Assembly: GCA_963782055.1 (NCBI GenBank)
Contig: CAWAIF010000003.1
Span: 512,001-576,000, forward strand
Reading direction: 5' to 3'
From: an uncultured delta proteobacterium
GTDB lineage: Bacteria; Myxococcota_A; Polyangia; Polyangiales; Polyangiaceae
Length of the DNA stretch: 64,000 bases
Positions 50,050 through 64,000 of the stretch are shown here, one piece after another; position 1 is the first letter of the stretch, and the number at the start of each line of letters is the position of its first letter. The notes below the pieces were generated by a model. It was not told where the DNA came from and ran no database searches. It saw nothing but the letters and a program-made list of their open reading frames with translations. Both the position numbers and the translations under genes were made by a program.

Positions 50050-51378
50050 TCAGTTCTCCGGCACCAGCGTGCCCGTCGCCGCCGGGTCGAGCAGGCTGCC
50101 GATGTCGGCGACGACAGCGTCGCGCGTCTGGAGCTGCCCGGTCTTCTGCCCGAGGAAGTTCCACTCCAGAAACTTCACCACGCTGGAGTGCTCCATCACC
50201 ACGTGGCTCACGAAGTTCTTCTTCGCGAAGGGGCCCACCGCCAGCAGCGGCACACGTGTCCCGTAGGGCTTCTGGTCCACCGTGCTGTCCGGCGGGGGCG
50301 TGACGTGGTCGAAGTAGCCGCCTCCCTCGTCGTAGGTCACGAGCAAGAGCGTGTCCTCGCGGTAGCGCGAGGCGAAGACCGCGTCGGAGATGCCCTGGAC
50401 GAAGGCCACGCCGTCGGAGAGCTTGTCCATCAGGCCGGGGTGCTCGGTGTGGTAGCCGCGGCCCTTGATGAAGGACACCGCCGGCAGGCCGCCGCCGTCG
50501 AGCGCCTTCTGGAACTCGGCGAGGTCCTTCATCGTCTGCGGGTCGTCTCGCGTGCTCGCGTAGTACTCGAAGGGGATGTCGCTCGGGTCCAGCCCGCACG
50601 GGTAGATGTTGAGCGCCGACGGGCAGTCGTCCGGCTTGGTGGGGCAGGTGCCCTGCGCGACGGCGGCGGCCATGTCGGCGTAGCCCTCGGCGTAGAAGGT
50701 CCAGGGCACGCCCGCGCCGGTGAGCAGATCGCCGATGGTGGTGCCGGTGAACTCCATCTGCGTGCTCGCGCCCAGGCTGCACGTGATGCCGACCGCGTCC
50801 TTCGGCCCGAAGGCGTTGTCGTCGAACACCCAGGAGGCGCGGGCGAAGTACATGTCGTTCGCCGAGCTCTGCCCGACGAGCGGCTGGAAGTACCGGTCGG
50901 CGAGGGCGCCGCCGGCGGCCATGTCCCAGTACGGCTTGACCACCGCCGGGTCGGCGAGCACGACGTTCTGCTTGCTGCCGCAGGACGCCGTTGCGTACTT
51001 GTCCATCTTGCCGCCGTCCATCTCCTCCGACTCGCACGCCGCGGTGTGGTCCGGGTCGTGGAAGGCCATCTCCTGGTCGGTGAGGGTGGTGAAGGGCGTG
51101 CCGGCCGGGTCGGTGTCGGGGGCGGCCTCGCAGCAGGCCGGGCCATCGTTGCAGGTGGGGTTGGAGCCGGCGGGGGCCGTGCAGTAGCGGCCGAAGTGGT
51201 CGTCGAAGGTGTGGTTCTCCTGGATGACGATCACCACGTGCTTGATGGCGGTCGCCGGGCAGGGGCCGGCGCACGAGTCGTCGGGGGCAGGGGGCGCGGG
51301 TGGCCCGCTCGGGTCGGGGCTGGAGCACGCGGCGGCGACGAGCAGGGCGGCGACGGGCGCGAGGAGGAGGAAGCGCAC
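50050..51378 (-). CDS. Phosphoesterase family (phospholipase C/acid phosphatase) lipoprotein
   Basis: IKHVVIVIQENHTFDDHFG, GKMD, TYDEGGGYFDHV, GTRVP. Confidence 0.9.
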   Translation of the reverse strand: MRFLLLAPVAALLVAAACSSPDPSGPPAPPAPDDSCAGPCPATAIKHVVIVIQENHTFDDHFGRYCTAPAGSNPTCNDGPACCEAAPDTDPAGTPFTTLTDQEMAFHDPDHTAACESEEMDGGKMDKYATASCGSKQNVVLADPAVVKPYWDMAAGGALADRYFQPLVGQSSANDMYFARASWVFDDNAFGPKDAVGITCSLGASTQMEFTGTTIGDLLTGAGVPWTFYAEGYADMAAAVAQGTCPTKPDDCPSALNIYPCGLDPSDIPFEYYASTRDDPQTMKDLAEFQKALDGGGLPAVSFIKGRGYHTEHPGLMDKLSDGVAFVQGISDAVFASRYREDTLLLVTYDEGGGYFDHVTPPPDSTVDQKPYGTRVPLLAVGPFAKKNFVSHVVMEHSSVVKFLEWNFLGQKTGQLQTRDAVVADIGSLLDPAATGTLVPEN

Positions 51379-51528
51379 GGCAGGAGGCTACCAGCGCGTC
51401 AGGCTCGTGCCAATCTGGTGACGGCCGCGTGACGGTCGCCCGGCGGTGCCTCCTGCCCGCGCCGTCAGAGGGTTGGGCGAGTCGATCGGTAGCATGCTAA
51501 CAATCAAGTATCCGGCCAGGAAACGCCG

Positions 51529-52281
51529 GTGGGAGCCCCTTTGCCGCTGACCCTCTACAGCATTCCCTACTCCCCCTGGTCCGAGCGCGCCCGCTGGGCC
51601 CTCCTCCACCACCGGCTGCCCTTCAACGAGCGCTCCCACACCCCCCTCCTCGGGGAGCTCTCCCTGCGCCTCGCGGCGCGCAAGCTGGGCGGTGGGGTCA
51701 GCGTCCCCCTCCTCTTGACCCCCGACGGCCCCGTCGGCGACTCGATGGACATCGTCGCCTGGGCGGACGCCCACGGGTCGGGCAGCCCCCTGCTGTTCGA
51801 CGCCGCCCGCGAGGTGGTCGCTAGCCTGCGCGACACCGTCGAGGACGGCCTCTCCGCCGCCCGCGCCCGCGGACTCGCCCAGCTCGCCCACGATCCGCAG
51901 GCCCGGCGGGATGCGCTCCCCCCGTGGATGCGCAAGCTCCCGGCGGCCGGCGCCTCCGCGCGGGTCGGCGGCTGGTTCGTGGCCCGCAAGTACGGCTCGA
52001 GCTTCCAGGATCTGGAGACCCGCCAGCGCGCCAGCCTCTCCGCGCTGCGGACCCGCCTGGAGGGCCGGAAGTACCTCGCCGGGAGCTTCAGCGCCGCCAA
52101 TCTCCTCGGGGCCTCCCTGCTCCAGGCCATCTCCCCCCCGGATGACGCCTTCCTGCCCATCGAGCCGGGCACCCGCCGGCAGTGGACCGAGCCCGCGCTC
52201 GCCGCCGACTTCGCCAATCTGCTCTCCTGGCGCAACGCCCTGTACACGCGGCACCGGCCAAAGGCCGGCGCTTTGGCTTGA
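51529..52281 (+). CDS. Glutathione S-transferase-like protein
   Basis: YSPWSERARWAL, SVPLL, DSMDI, YLAGSFSAA. Confidence 0.8.
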   Translation: MGAPLPLTLYSIPYSPWSERARWALLHHRLPFNERSHTPLLGELSLRLAARKLGGGVSVPLLLTPDGPVGDSMDIVAWADAHGSGSPLLFDAAREVVASLRDTVEDGLSAARARGLAQLAHDPQARRDALPPWMRKLPAAGASARVGGWFVARKYGSSFQDLETRQRASLSALRTRLEGRKYLAGSFSAANLLGASLLQAISPPDDAFLPIEPGTRRQWTEPALAADFANLLSWRNALYTRHRPKAGALA

Positions 52282-52305
52282 CAGTACGAAGCCCGTAAGT
52301 AGAGT
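52278..52305 (+). promoter_or_regulatory. Sigma70 promoter of the str operon
   Basis: TTGACA-N16-TAGAGT then GCGCCTCCCC discriminator; -35 overlaps the upstream TGA. Confidence 0.75.
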
Positions 52306-52364
52306 GCGCCTCCCCGAAACTTCGGGCCGGGGTTCGCCCTGATCACCCAATCTCAAGAGCTTCG

Positions 52365-52763
52365 ATGCCGACAATCAACCAGCTCATCAATCATGGTCGC
52401 GAGGCCGCGCGCTTCAAGACCGCGTCCCCCGCGCTCAAGGCATGCCCGCAGAAGCGCGGCGTGTGCGTCCGCGTCTACACCACCACCCCGAAGAAGCCGA
52501 ACTCGGCGCTGCGGAAGGTGTGTCGCGTCCGCCTGACCAACGGCATGGAAGTCACCTCCTACATCCCGGGGGAGGGGCACAACCTGCAGGAGCACTCGGT
52601 CGTCCTCATCCGCGGCGGCCGCGTCAAGGACCTCCCGGGCGTGCGCTACCACGTGGTCCGCGGGACGCTGGACGCCTCCGGCGCCATCGGCCCGTCGTCC
52701 ACCAACAAGCTCAACCGCAACCGCAAGCGCTCCAAGTACGGCGTGAAGCGCCCCAAGACCTGA
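52365..52763 (+). CDS. rpsL: 30S ribosomal protein S12
   Basis: [23 protein letters not shown]. Confidence 0.98.
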   Translation: MPTINQLINHGREAARFKTASPALKACPQKRGVCVRVYTTTPKKPNSALRKVCRVRLTNGMEVTSYIPGEGHNLQEHSVVLIRGGRVKDLPGVRYHVVRGTLDASGAIGPSSTNKLNRNRKRSKYGVKRPKT

Positions 52764-52779
52764 GCCGGAGCACCGAACC

Positions 52780-53250
52780 ATGCCGCGTCGCCGTGAAGTC
52801 CCCAAGCGTCGGATCATCCCGGACCCGAAGTACAAGGACAAGCTCATCTCCAAGTTCACCAACACCCTCATGCTGAGCGGCAAGAAGGCCACGGCAGAGG
52901 GCATCCTCTACGGCGCGCTGGACATCATCCAGGAGCGCCACAAGGAGGACCCGCTCGAGGTGTTCCGCAAGGCCCTCGACAACGTGAAGCCCAAGCTGGA
53001 GGTCAAGAGCCGCCGCGTGGGCGGCGCGACCTACCAGGTCCCGGTGGAGGTCCGCCCGGAGCGCCGCGTCGCCCTGGCCATGCGCTGGCTCGTCACCTAC
53101 GCCCGCGGTCGCGGCGAGAAGACGATGCGCGAGCGCCTCGCCGGCGAGTTCGTGGACGCGTCCGCCGGCCGCGGCAACGCCGTCAAGAAGAAGGACGACA
53201 CCCACAAGATGGCCGAGGCGAACAAGGCGTTCGCCCACTACCGCTGGTGA
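52780..53250 (+). CDS. rpsG: 30S ribosomal protein S7
   Basis: [25 protein letters not shown]. Confidence 0.98.
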   Translation: MPRRREVPKRRIIPDPKYKDKLISKFTNTLMLSGKKATAEGILYGALDIIQERHKEDPLEVFRKALDNVKPKLEVKSRRVGGATYQVPVEVRPERRVALAMRWLVTYARGRGEKTMRERLAGEFVDASAGRGNAVKKKDDTHKMAEANKAFAHYRW

Positions 53251-53502
53251 GCAAAGGCTCGCACGCGGACGCGAACATCAAGAGGAACGCACGAACGAGC
53301 ATGGTGAAGACGACATAAGGATCGGGTTGCCCCGGAAAAGGCCGCGCTCGCGCCCGGCCACCGAAGTGGTACCCCGACACCCTCTCTGGATCCTCCCCCT
53401 CGAGGGGAAGGTGCTCGAAACCGCGAGCACCGGGCCGGAGAGGGTTTCGTGCATTCTGCAATCAACTGCCCCACGTCACTCGGCAACACTCAGGAGAATC
53501 TC

Positions 53503-55617
<2,115 letters not shown>

Positions 55618-55661
55618 CCCTCCTCGCAGCTTCTCAAAGATAGGAAACCGGAGACATCGTC

Positions 55662-56852
<1,191 letters not shown>

Positions 56853-56856
56853 TCCG

Positions 56857-57159
<303 letters not shown>

Positions 57160-57169
57160 GAGGTCCGTC

Positions 57170-57814
57170 ATGGCAAAGATCGACGTCTTCAACATGAAAC
57201 GAGAGAAGGTCGGCCAGGTCGACCTCTCCGACGATGTCTTCGCGACCGAGGTCAAGGAGCAGCTCTTCTACGAGGTCGTGAAGGCGCAGCTCGCCTCGCG
57301 CCGCCAGGGCACGGCCGCCGCCAAGGAGCGCTCCGCGGTCTCCGGTAGCTCCAAGAAGCTCTACAAGCAGAAGGGCACCGGCCGCGCCCGCCACGGCTCG
57401 ATCCGCGCGCCCATCTACGTCGGCGGCGGCCGCGCGCACCCGCCGCGTCCGCGCGACTGGAGCTACCGGCCCCCCCGCCAGGTGCGCCTCGGCGCGCTCA
57501 AGAGCGCTCTCTCCAAGTTCCACAAGGAGGGCCGCCTGGTCGTGGTGGATCGCTTCGAGCTCCCGGAGGTCAAGACCAAGGGCCTGCTCTCCGCGCTCAC
57601 CACCCTCAAGGCGGACAAGAAGGTCATCGTCGTCGACAAGGCGGACAACCAGAACCTGAAGCTCTCCATCCGCAACTGCCGCGACCACCAGTACCTGCCC
57701 CCCGAGGGCGTCAACGTCTACGACCTCCTCCGCCACGACACGCTCGTCCTCTCCAAGGACGCGGCCAAGGCGCTCGAGGCCCGCTGCCTGCGCGAGAAGG
57801 AGGCCGCGAAATGA
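57170..57814 (+). CDS. rplD: 50S ribosomal protein L4
   Basis: [21 protein letters not shown]. Confidence 0.97.
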   Translation: MAKIDVFNMKREKVGQVDLSDDVFATEVKEQLFYEVVKAQLASRRQGTAAAKERSAVSGSSKKLYKQKGTGRARHGSIRAPIYVGGGRAHPPRPRDWSYRPPRQVRLGALKSALSKFHKEGRLVVVDRFELPEVKTKGLLSALTTLKADKKVIVVDKADNQNLKLSIRNCRDHQYLPPEGVNVYDLLRHDTLVLSKDAAKALEARCLREKEAAK

Positions 57815-58107
57815 GAGCCGACATCGTCCTGCGCCGCCCCATCGTGCTCACCGAGAAGTCCAACCTCCTTCGCGAGAAGAACCAGGTGGTCTTCGAGGTC
57901 GCGCGCGCGGCCAACAAGATCCAGATCAAGGAAGCCGTCCAGTCGATGTTCAACGTCAAGGTGCTGGACGTGAACACCATGGTGGTGCGCGGCAAGGATC
58001 GCCGCATGGGCCGCGGTTACGCCAAGACGCAGAACTGGAAGAAGGCGATCATCACCCTCGGCGAGGGCGACACGATCGACTTCTTCGGCGACACCGCCGG
58101 GAACTGA
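57811..58107 (+). CDS. rplW: 50S ribosomal protein L23
   Basis: [22 protein letters not shown]. Confidence 0.96.
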   Translation: MRADIVLRRPIVLTEKSNLLREKNQVVFEVARAANKIQIKEAVQSMFNVKVLDVNTMVVRGKDRRMGRGYAKTQNWKKAIITLGEGDTIDFFGDTAGN

Positions 58108-58120
58108 GCCGGAGAAAACG

Positions 58121-58954
<834 letters not shown>

Positions 58955-58978
58955 CGGGTAGAGTCACAGGAGCTCCGG

Positions 58979-59275
<297 letters not shown>

Positions 59276-59301
59276 CCGTTCCGCACACATCGTGGCCAAT
59301 G

Positions 59302-59341
59302 AAGCCGCTCTGCCCACAGATCGTGGGCGGGCGGCTTTTTT
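59302..59341 (+). terminator. Intrinsic terminator after rpsS
   Basis: AAGCCGC..GCCCAC-loop-GTGGGC..GCGGCTT followed by a T-run. Confidence 0.75.
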
Positions 59342-59413
59342 GGTGCTTGGCGCCTTCACCAAGTTGGATCAGGATCTGCCCTGGGTAGAGGGAAGGGCAA
59401 AGGGGATCGATCC

Positions 59414-60796
59414 ATGCGTCATCTGGGTTTGGTCGTGGGCGGGTCTGTGCTCGCAGCCTCGCTGGTGCTCTCGGCGCCGGGCTGCGGGAGCTCGCAGCCC
59501 TCCGGCTTCGGCAACGACTCGGGTCTGGGCGACTCCGGCCTCCCGCCGGACGACGACGCGAGCCCCAACTTCGGCGACAGCTCCACCGAGGCGGCCCCGC
59601 CGTGCGTGGGCCTGAAGTGCCAGCAGGTGAGCTGCGGCGGCGGCGCGAAGACCACCGTCACCGGCACCGTCTACGACCCGGCGGGCAAGAACCCCGTCTA
59701 CAACGTCATCGTGTACGTGCCCAACGCGCCGCTCGACCCCATCAAGCACGGCGCGACATGCGAGTCGTGCGCGGGCGTCTCCGGCAAGCCCGTCGTCACC
59801 GCCCTCACCGACGCCAAGGGCCACTTCGAGCTCGACAACGTGCCCGTCGGCACCAACATCCCGCTCGTCATCCAGGTGGGCAAGTGGCGGCGCAAGTTCA
59901 CGCTGCCGGACGTCAAGCAGTGCACCGACAATCCGGTGCCCGACCCGGTGGATCCCGCCCAGAAGCTGCGCCTGCCGAAGAACAAGAGCGAGGGCGACAT
60001 GCCGCTCATCGCCCTCGCCACCGGCTGCGATCCCATCCACACGCTGGTGCAGAAGATCGGCATCGACCCCTCCGAGTACTCGAGCGGCACCGGCAACGGC
60101 ATGGTCCACATCTACGTGGGCAAGGGCGGCGGCAACGCGGGCGTCAGCGGCGCGACCGACGCCTACGCCTTCTGGGGCAGCCTCTCCCAGATGATGAAGT
60201 ACGACATCATCATCAACGAGTGCGAGTGCTCGCCCTACCCGCGCGACACGGCGGGACCGGCCTACGCCAACATGGACAGCTACCTCGCCGCCGGCGGGCG
60301 CCTGTTCGCCTCGCACTACCACATCAACTGGTTCTCCGACGCGAAGGCCGGCGCGGACCTGAAGAGCGCGGCGACATGGATCCCCTGGGGGAGCTGCGGC
60401 ACCGCGCCCTACACCGTCGACACCACCTTCCCCAAGGGCAAGGCGATGGCCGACTGGCTCTACAACCTGCAGCCGGGCAACGGCAAGACGCCCACCTACG
60501 GCGTGGTGGACATCACCTCCGGGTGCGTGGTGCGCGACATCAAGGCGACCACGCCGAACGTCTCGCAGCAGTGGGTCTACGACAAGGCCAACTACCCGGC
60601 GTACATCTCCTTCAACACCCCGACGACAGCCCAGCCGGACCAGCGGTGCGGCCGCGCGGTGGCGGCGGACCTGCACGTGGGCACGTCGGGCCAGAACGTG
60701 AGCGAGCAGGAGGCCGTCCTGGAGTTCATGTTCTTCGACCTCGCCTCGTGCGTGCAGGATGACGGCAAGCCCCCGACGCCGCCCCCTCCCAACTGA
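59414..60796 (+). CDS. Cys-rich lipoprotein with carboxypeptidase-regulatory-like beta-sandwich
   Basis: Lipobox-like APGC, TVTGTVYDPAG, TDAKGHFEL, QVGKWRR, FASHYH, LEFMFFDLASC. Confidence 0.8.
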   Translation: MRHLGLVVGGSVLAASLVLSAPGCGSSQPSGFGNDSGLGDSGLPPDDDASPNFGDSSTEAAPPCVGLKCQQVSCGGGAKTTVTGTVYDPAGKNPVYNVIVYVPNAPLDPIKHGATCESCAGVSGKPVVTALTDAKGHFELDNVPVGTNIPLVIQVGKWRRKFTLPDVKQCTDNPVPDPVDPAQKLRLPKNKSEGDMPLIALATGCDPIHTLVQKIGIDPSEYSSGTGNGMVHIYVGKGGGNAGVSGATDAYAFWGSLSQMMKYDIIINECECSPYPRDTAGPAYANMDSYLAAGGRLFASHYHINWFSDAKAGADLKSAATWIPWGSCGTAPYTVDTTFPKGKAMADWLYNLQPGNGKTPTYGVVDITSGCVVRDIKATTPNVSQQWVYDKANYPAYISFNTPTTAQPDQRCGRAVAADLHVGTSGQNVSEQEAVLEFMFFDLASCVQDDGKPPTPPPPN

Positions 60797-60854
60797 GCGG
60801 GCCCCCACCCTGGCCCTCCGCGACGCATCGGGCCCCCGGATCGGGCTTTTTCCC

Positions 60855-60882
60855 TTGCAAACAGGCCACCCGTAGCTAAAGT
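60855..60882 (+). promoter_or_regulatory. Sigma70 promoter for rplV onward
   Basis: TTGCAA-N16-TAAAGT then GCGCCTCCCCC; closely resembles the rpsL promoter. Confidence 0.7.
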
Positions 60883-60998
60883 GCGCCTCCCCCCGACCGG
60901 GCATCCCGGCCGGACTCGTGAGCGGCCGTAACGGTTCCCGGAACGATCTCGCGCACTTCGCTCGAATCCCTGGGAATACGACGGCGCAAGGAAAGCCC

Positions 60999-61340
60999 AT
61001 GGTCAGCAAGGCGATCGCTCGCTTCGCGCGGATCAGCCCGCGCAAGGCCCGTGTCATGGTCAACCTCGTTCGTGGCCGCCAGGCCGGCGAGGCGCTGCAG
61101 ATCCTCGAGTTCACCCCCAAGGCGGGCGCCCCCCTCCTGAAGAAGGTGATCGAGAGCGCGGTCGCCAACGCGCGCACCCAGAGCCCGGGCGTGGACCTCG
61201 ACTCGCTCTACGTCGAGACCGCCTTCGTCGACAAGGCCCCCAACAAGTTCCTGCGCCGCTGGCGGCCCCGCGCCATGGGCCGCGCGACCCGCATCCAGAA
61301 GGGGCTGAGCCACATCACCGTCGTCCTCGGCGAGCGCTGA
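60999..61340 (+). CDS. rplV: 50S ribosomal protein L22
   Basis: ISPRKAR, SAVANA, PRAMGRA, SHITV. Confidence 0.97.
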   Translation: MVSKAIARFARISPRKARVMVNLVRGRQAGEALQILEFTPKAGAPLLKKVIESAVANARTQSPGVDLDSLYVETAFVDKAPNKFLRRWRPRAMGRATRIQKGLSHITVVLGER

Positions 61341-61369
61341 GAGCGCGACACCTCGGAGAATCAGAGAGC

Positions 61370-62077
61370 ATGGGTCAGAAAGTTCATCCGTACGGCTTCC
61401 GCCTCGGCGTCATCAAGACCTGGAACTCGAAGTGGTTCGAGGACAAGGCCTACGCCAAGTGGCTGCACGAGGACATCCGCATCAAGCGGGCCGTGAAGGC
61501 CTACCTGATGAACGCCAACGTGGCGTCGGTCGAGGTGGAGCGCGCCGCGAACAAGGCCAAGGTCATCGTCTACACCGCGCGCCCCGGCATGGTCATCGGC
61601 AAGGGTGGCAAGGGCATCGAGATCCTCAAGAGCGGCAACATCGGCACCGCCGCCAAGGGCGAGACCCTCTTCCCGGGCGTCGCGTCCTTCACCGCGAACG
61701 AGGTCTTCATCGACGTGCAGGAGATCCGCAAGGCGGAGACCTCCGCGCAGCTCGTGGCGGAGAACGTCGCCACCCAGCTGGAGCGCCGCGTCGCCTTTCG
61801 CCGCGCCATGAAGAAGGCGATGTCCACCGCCATGAAGTTCGGCGCCAAGGGCATCCGCATCCGCTGCTCCGGCCGCCTGGGCGGCAGCGAGATGAGCCGC
61901 GTCGAGACCTACCGCGACGGGCGTGTCCCCCTGCACACCCTCCGCGCCGACATCGAGTTCGGCCTCGCCGAGGCGAAGACGAAGTACGGCATCATCGGCG
62001 TCAAGGTCTGGATCTTCAAGGGGGAGGTCCTCCAGCGCCGCAGCCGCCGCGGCATCGCGACGGGCGCCACCACCTGA
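61370..62077 (+). CDS. rpsC: 30S ribosomal protein S3
   Basis: [25 protein letters not shown]. Confidence 0.98.
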   Translation: MGQKVHPYGFRLGVIKTWNSKWFEDKAYAKWLHEDIRIKRAVKAYLMNANVASVEVERAANKAKVIVYTARPGMVIGKGGKGIEILKSGNIGTAAKGETLFPGVASFTANEVFIDVQEIRKAETSAQLVAENVATQLERRVAFRRAMKKAMSTAMKFGAKGIRIRCSGRLGGSEMSRVETYRDGRVPLHTLRADIEFGLAEAKTKYGIIGVKVWIFKGEVLQRRSRRGIATGATT

Positions 62078-62120
62078 TCCCGACCGCCCGAAGGGCACGA
62101 AGAACGACTAGGAACCTGCC

Positions 62121-62537
62121 ATGCTCTCCCCGAAGCGAACCAAGTACCGCAAGATGCAGAAGGGCAACAACCGCGGCCTCGCCATGCGCGGCTCGGATGT
62201 GTCCTTCGGTGATTTCGGCATGCAGGCCGTCGAGCCGGGCCGCCTCACCGCGCGCCAGATCGAGGCGGCTCGTATGGCCATCACCCGCCACGTCAAGCGC
62301 GTGGGCAAGCTCTGGATCCGCATCTTCCCGCACCGCCCCGTCACCAAGAAGCCCCTCGAGGTGCGCATGGGTGGCGGCAAGGGCGGCGTCGAGGAGTGGG
62401 CGGCCGACATCCTCCCCGGCCGCGTCATGTACGAGATCTCCGGCGTGGACGAGAAGACCGCGCGCGAGGCCTTCCGCCTCGCCGGCCACAAGCTCCCCGT
62501 CGGCTACAAGTTCCTGGTCCGCGGGGCCGTGGGCTGA
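62121..62537 (+). CDS. rplP: 50S ribosomal protein L16
   Basis: [22 protein letters not shown]. Confidence 0.98.
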   Translation: MLSPKRTKYRKMQKGNNRGLAMRGSDVSFGDFGMQAVEPGRLTARQIEAARMAITRHVKRVGKLWIRIFPHRPVTKKPLEVRMGGGKGGVEEWAADILPGRVMYEISGVDEKTAREAFRLAGHKLPVGYKFLVRGAVG

Positions 62538-62546
62538 GAGGGCACG

Positions 62547-62768
62547 ATGAAAGCCAAGGATTTGCGCGAGCGCAGCGTCGACGACCTCCGTGACCTCGAG
62601 AAGACGCTCACGAAGGAGCTCTTCGACTCCCGCTTCAAGAACTTCACCAACCGGCTCGACGACACCAGCGCGCTCCGCAAGACGCGCCGCGAGCTCGCCC
62701 GTATCAAGACCATCCTGCTCGAGCAGAGCCGCCCGGCGGCGGCCCCCGCACCGGAGAAGAAGGCATGA
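62547..62768 (+). CDS. rpmC: 50S ribosomal protein L29
   Basis: MKAKDLR, ELFDSRF, RRELARIKT. Confidence 0.95.
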   Translation: MKAKDLRERSVDDLRDLEKTLTKELFDSRFKNFTNRLDDTSALRKTRRELARIKTILLEQSRPAAAPAPEKKA

Positions 62769-63082
62769 GCACCGCCACCCCGCAGGCCGCACCGAGCACA
62801 CGCAAGCTCGCCGAGCCGAAGAAGACCCACGGCTTCCGCCGCAAGATGGTCGGCAAGGTCATCAAGAACAAGATGCAGAAGTCGGTCGTCGTGGAGGTGG
62901 TCAACCACACCCGCGACCCGCTCTACGGCAAGTACGTCCGCACGCGGAAGCGCTACAAGGCCCACGACGAGAAGAACGAGTACATCGTCGGCGACCAGGT
63001 GGAGATCCAGGAGCACCGCCCCTTCTCCAAGGACAAGCGCTTCTTGGTCGTGCGGCTCGTCAAGAAGTTCGTCGAGGAGTGA
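62765..63082 (+). CDS. rpsQ: 30S ribosomal protein S17
   Basis: [28 protein letters not shown]. Confidence 0.95.
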   Translation: MSTATPQAAPSTRKLAEPKKTHGFRRKMVGKVIKNKMQKSVVVEVVNHTRDPLYGKYVRTRKRYKAHDEKNEYIVGDQVEIQEHRPFSKDKRFLVVRLVKKFVEE

Positions 63083-63092
63083 GGAGCACGCC

Positions 63093-63461
63093 ATGATCCA
63101 GACGCGAACCATCCTCGACGTCGCCGACAACTCCGGCGCCAAGCGCGTGCAGTGCATCAAGGTGCTCGGCGGGTCGCGCCGCCGCTACGCCTCGCTCGGC
63201 GACGTGATCGTCGTCTCCATCAAGGAGGCGCTGCCCGGCATGAAGGTGAAGAAGGGCGACACCGCCCGCGCCGTGGTCGTGCGCACCCGCCGCGAGCAGG
63301 CGCGCCCGGACGGCAGCTACATCAAGTTCGACGGCAACAGCGCCGTCCTCATCAACAACCAGCTCGAGCCCATCGGCACCCGCATCTTCGGGCCAGTCGC
63401 GCGCGAGCTGCGCGGCAAGAAGTTCATGAAGATCATCTCGCTCGCGCCGGAGGTGCTCTGA
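63093..63461 (+). CDS. rplN: 50S ribosomal protein L14
   Basis: [22 protein letters not shown]. Confidence 0.98.
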   Translation: MIQTRTILDVADNSGAKRVQCIKVLGGSRRRYASLGDVIVVSIKEALPGMKVKKGDTARAVVVRTRREQARPDGSYIKFDGNSAVLINNQLEPIGTRIFGPVARELRGKKFMKIISLAPEVL

Positions 63462-63790
63462 TGCTCGCGCGTCTTCGCAAAGGCGACGAGGTCGTCGTCA
63501 TCAGCGGCAAGGACAAGGGCAAGAAGGGCAAGGTCGCCCGCGTCCTGGTGGAAGAGGGCAAGGTCGTCGTCGAGGGCGTCAACCTGATCAAGCGCCACCT
63601 CCGCCCCACGCCGAAGAACCCGCAAGGCGGAATCCTGGAGCGCGAGGCGCCCATCTTCGCCAGCAAGGTGATGCCCATCGACCCGAAGACGGGCAAGGGT
63701 ACCCGCGTCCGCGCCGGCAAGGGCGAGCGCGGCCACAAGATCCGCGTGGCCGTCAAGAGCGGCGAGGAGATCGTCGCGGCCAAGGCCTGA
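63461..63790 (+). CDS. rplX: 50S ribosomal protein L24
   Basis: KGDEVVVISGKDKGKKGKV, VEGVN. Confidence 0.96.
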   Translation: MLARLRKGDEVVVISGKDKGKKGKVARVLVEEGKVVVEGVNLIKRHLRPTPKNPQGGILEREAPIFASKVMPIDPKTGKGTRVRAGKGERGHKIRVAVKSGEEIVAAKA

Positions 63791-63810
63791 CGAGTCGAGG
63801 AGCACCAGAC

Positions 63811-64000
63811 ATGGCAGCCAAGAAGGGCAAGGGGCAGGAGCAGAAGGCGCAGGCGGCGGCCGAGGCAGTGACCTCGACAGCCGAGATCGAGGCGCCCCGC
63901 TTCCGGCTCAAATACAAGGACGAGGTCATCGCGGCGCTCATCAAGGAGTTCGGGTTCACCAACCCGAACCAGGTGCCGCGTCTCCGGAAGATCGTCGTCA
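63811..64000 (+). CDS. rplE: 50S ribosomal protein L5 (5' part, N-terminally extended)
   Basis: ..PRFRLKYKDEVIAALIKEFGFTNPNQVPRLRKIV; synteny. Confidence 0.9.
   Translation, partial: MAAKKGKGQEQKAQAAAEAVTSTAEIEAPRFRLKYKDEVIAALIKEFGFTNPNQVPRLRKIVV

Noticed and set aside
51399..51413. Minus-strand TGGCACG-AGCC-TGAC as a sigma54 promoter
   Set aside because: The -12 element is poor; a TAGCCT box 6 nt before the GTG explains the gene better

Overview
High-GC bacterial chromosome segment that looks like Myxococcota, probably Polyangiales. This is inferred from the Ser/Thr kinases, FHA-sigma54 activators, PEGA and AgmX-type proteins and many Cys-rich lipoproteins. 1-22 kb holds accessory signalling, envelope and metabolic genes. 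22.3-36.7 kb is tRNA(Thr,Tyr,Gly,Thr)-tuf-rpmG-tRNA-Trp-secE-nusG-rplKAJL-rpoBC. 36.8-52.3 kb is an accessory block with GH5, a kinase-FGE fusion, ligD/ku NHEJ, an Flp-like pilin, an S41 peptidase, a phosphoesterase and a GST-like gene. 52.4-64 kb is the str, S10 and start of the spc operon. I found no CRISPR array, integrase, transposase or rRNA gene. Main observations: (1) both EF-Tu copies have a non-canonical switch-I loop and anomalous G-ending codons; (2) rplC is missing from the S10 operon; (3) the S10 operon is cut after rpsS by a terminator and a lipoprotein gene, then restarts from a promoter closely resembling the rpsL promoter; (4) a candidate sigma54/Ser-Thr-kinase/PEGA/Cys-repeat-lipoprotein signalling cassette; (5) an orphan Flp-type pilin with a second, C-terminal membrane anchor; (6) many accessory genes appear leaderless; (7) a tRNA-Gly 3'-end duplication, a REP-like repeat family and a structured rpsG-fusA spacer. 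All calls come from reading motifs by eye; no searches were run.
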